64,000 nt of DNA from Camelus ferus (taxonomy: Eukaryota), in assembly GCF_009834535.1 (NCBI RefSeq), contig NC_045697.1:56608001-56672000 (forward strand). Direction: 5' to 3'. Position numbers and translations under genes: made by a program. Below the pieces are notes generated by a model. That model was given only the letters and a program-made list of their open reading frames with translations, had not been told where the DNA came from and made no database searches. Positions 63,991-64,000 of this stretch are shown here, one piece after another; positions within the stretch are counted from its first letter, which is position 1, and the number at the start of each line of letters is the position of its first letter.

Positions 63991-64000
63991 ATAAAAATAA

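Noticed and set aside
1..64000. Prokaryotic-type systems (CRISPR arrays, operons, retrons) and tRNA/rRNA genes
   Set aside because: No repeat-spacer arrays, dense ORFs or structured RNA genes seen; the only reverse transcriptase sequences recognisable at the protein level belong to LINE-1.

Overview
AT-rich, repeat-dense mammalian genomic DNA (intergenic or deep intronic). No host protein-coding gene, RNA gene or CRISPR array is recognisable. The L1 3' ends look cetartiodactyl, and I saw no ruminant, pig, carnivore or primate SINEs, so a camelid-like host is a tentative guess. Two closely related, full-length (~7.1 kb) LINE-1 copies dominate the window in convergent orientation: copy A (+, ~9233-16319) and copy B (-, ~33218-40304, 3' tail lost in a 100-N gap). 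The rest is older L1M/HAL1/L2/MIR/MaLR/ERVL/DNA-transposon debris and microsatellites; these subfamily names are from recalled consensus similarity, not a database search. Main observation: the two copies have different flanks yet share the same ORF2-killing lesions (TAA at codon 80, a -1 frameshift 25 codons later, a TAG after AWYW). They also share changes in conserved residues and in-frame deletions, while ORF1 has no shared lesion and is fully open in copy A. This suggests a non-autonomous, ORF1-retaining, ORF2-dead L1 lineage mobilised in trans (a possible nascent HAL1-type element). Other findings: a 31-bp micro-inversion in ORF2 of copy A, a truncated L1 with a probable 22-nt 3' transduction, and a candidate 12-nt microexon.
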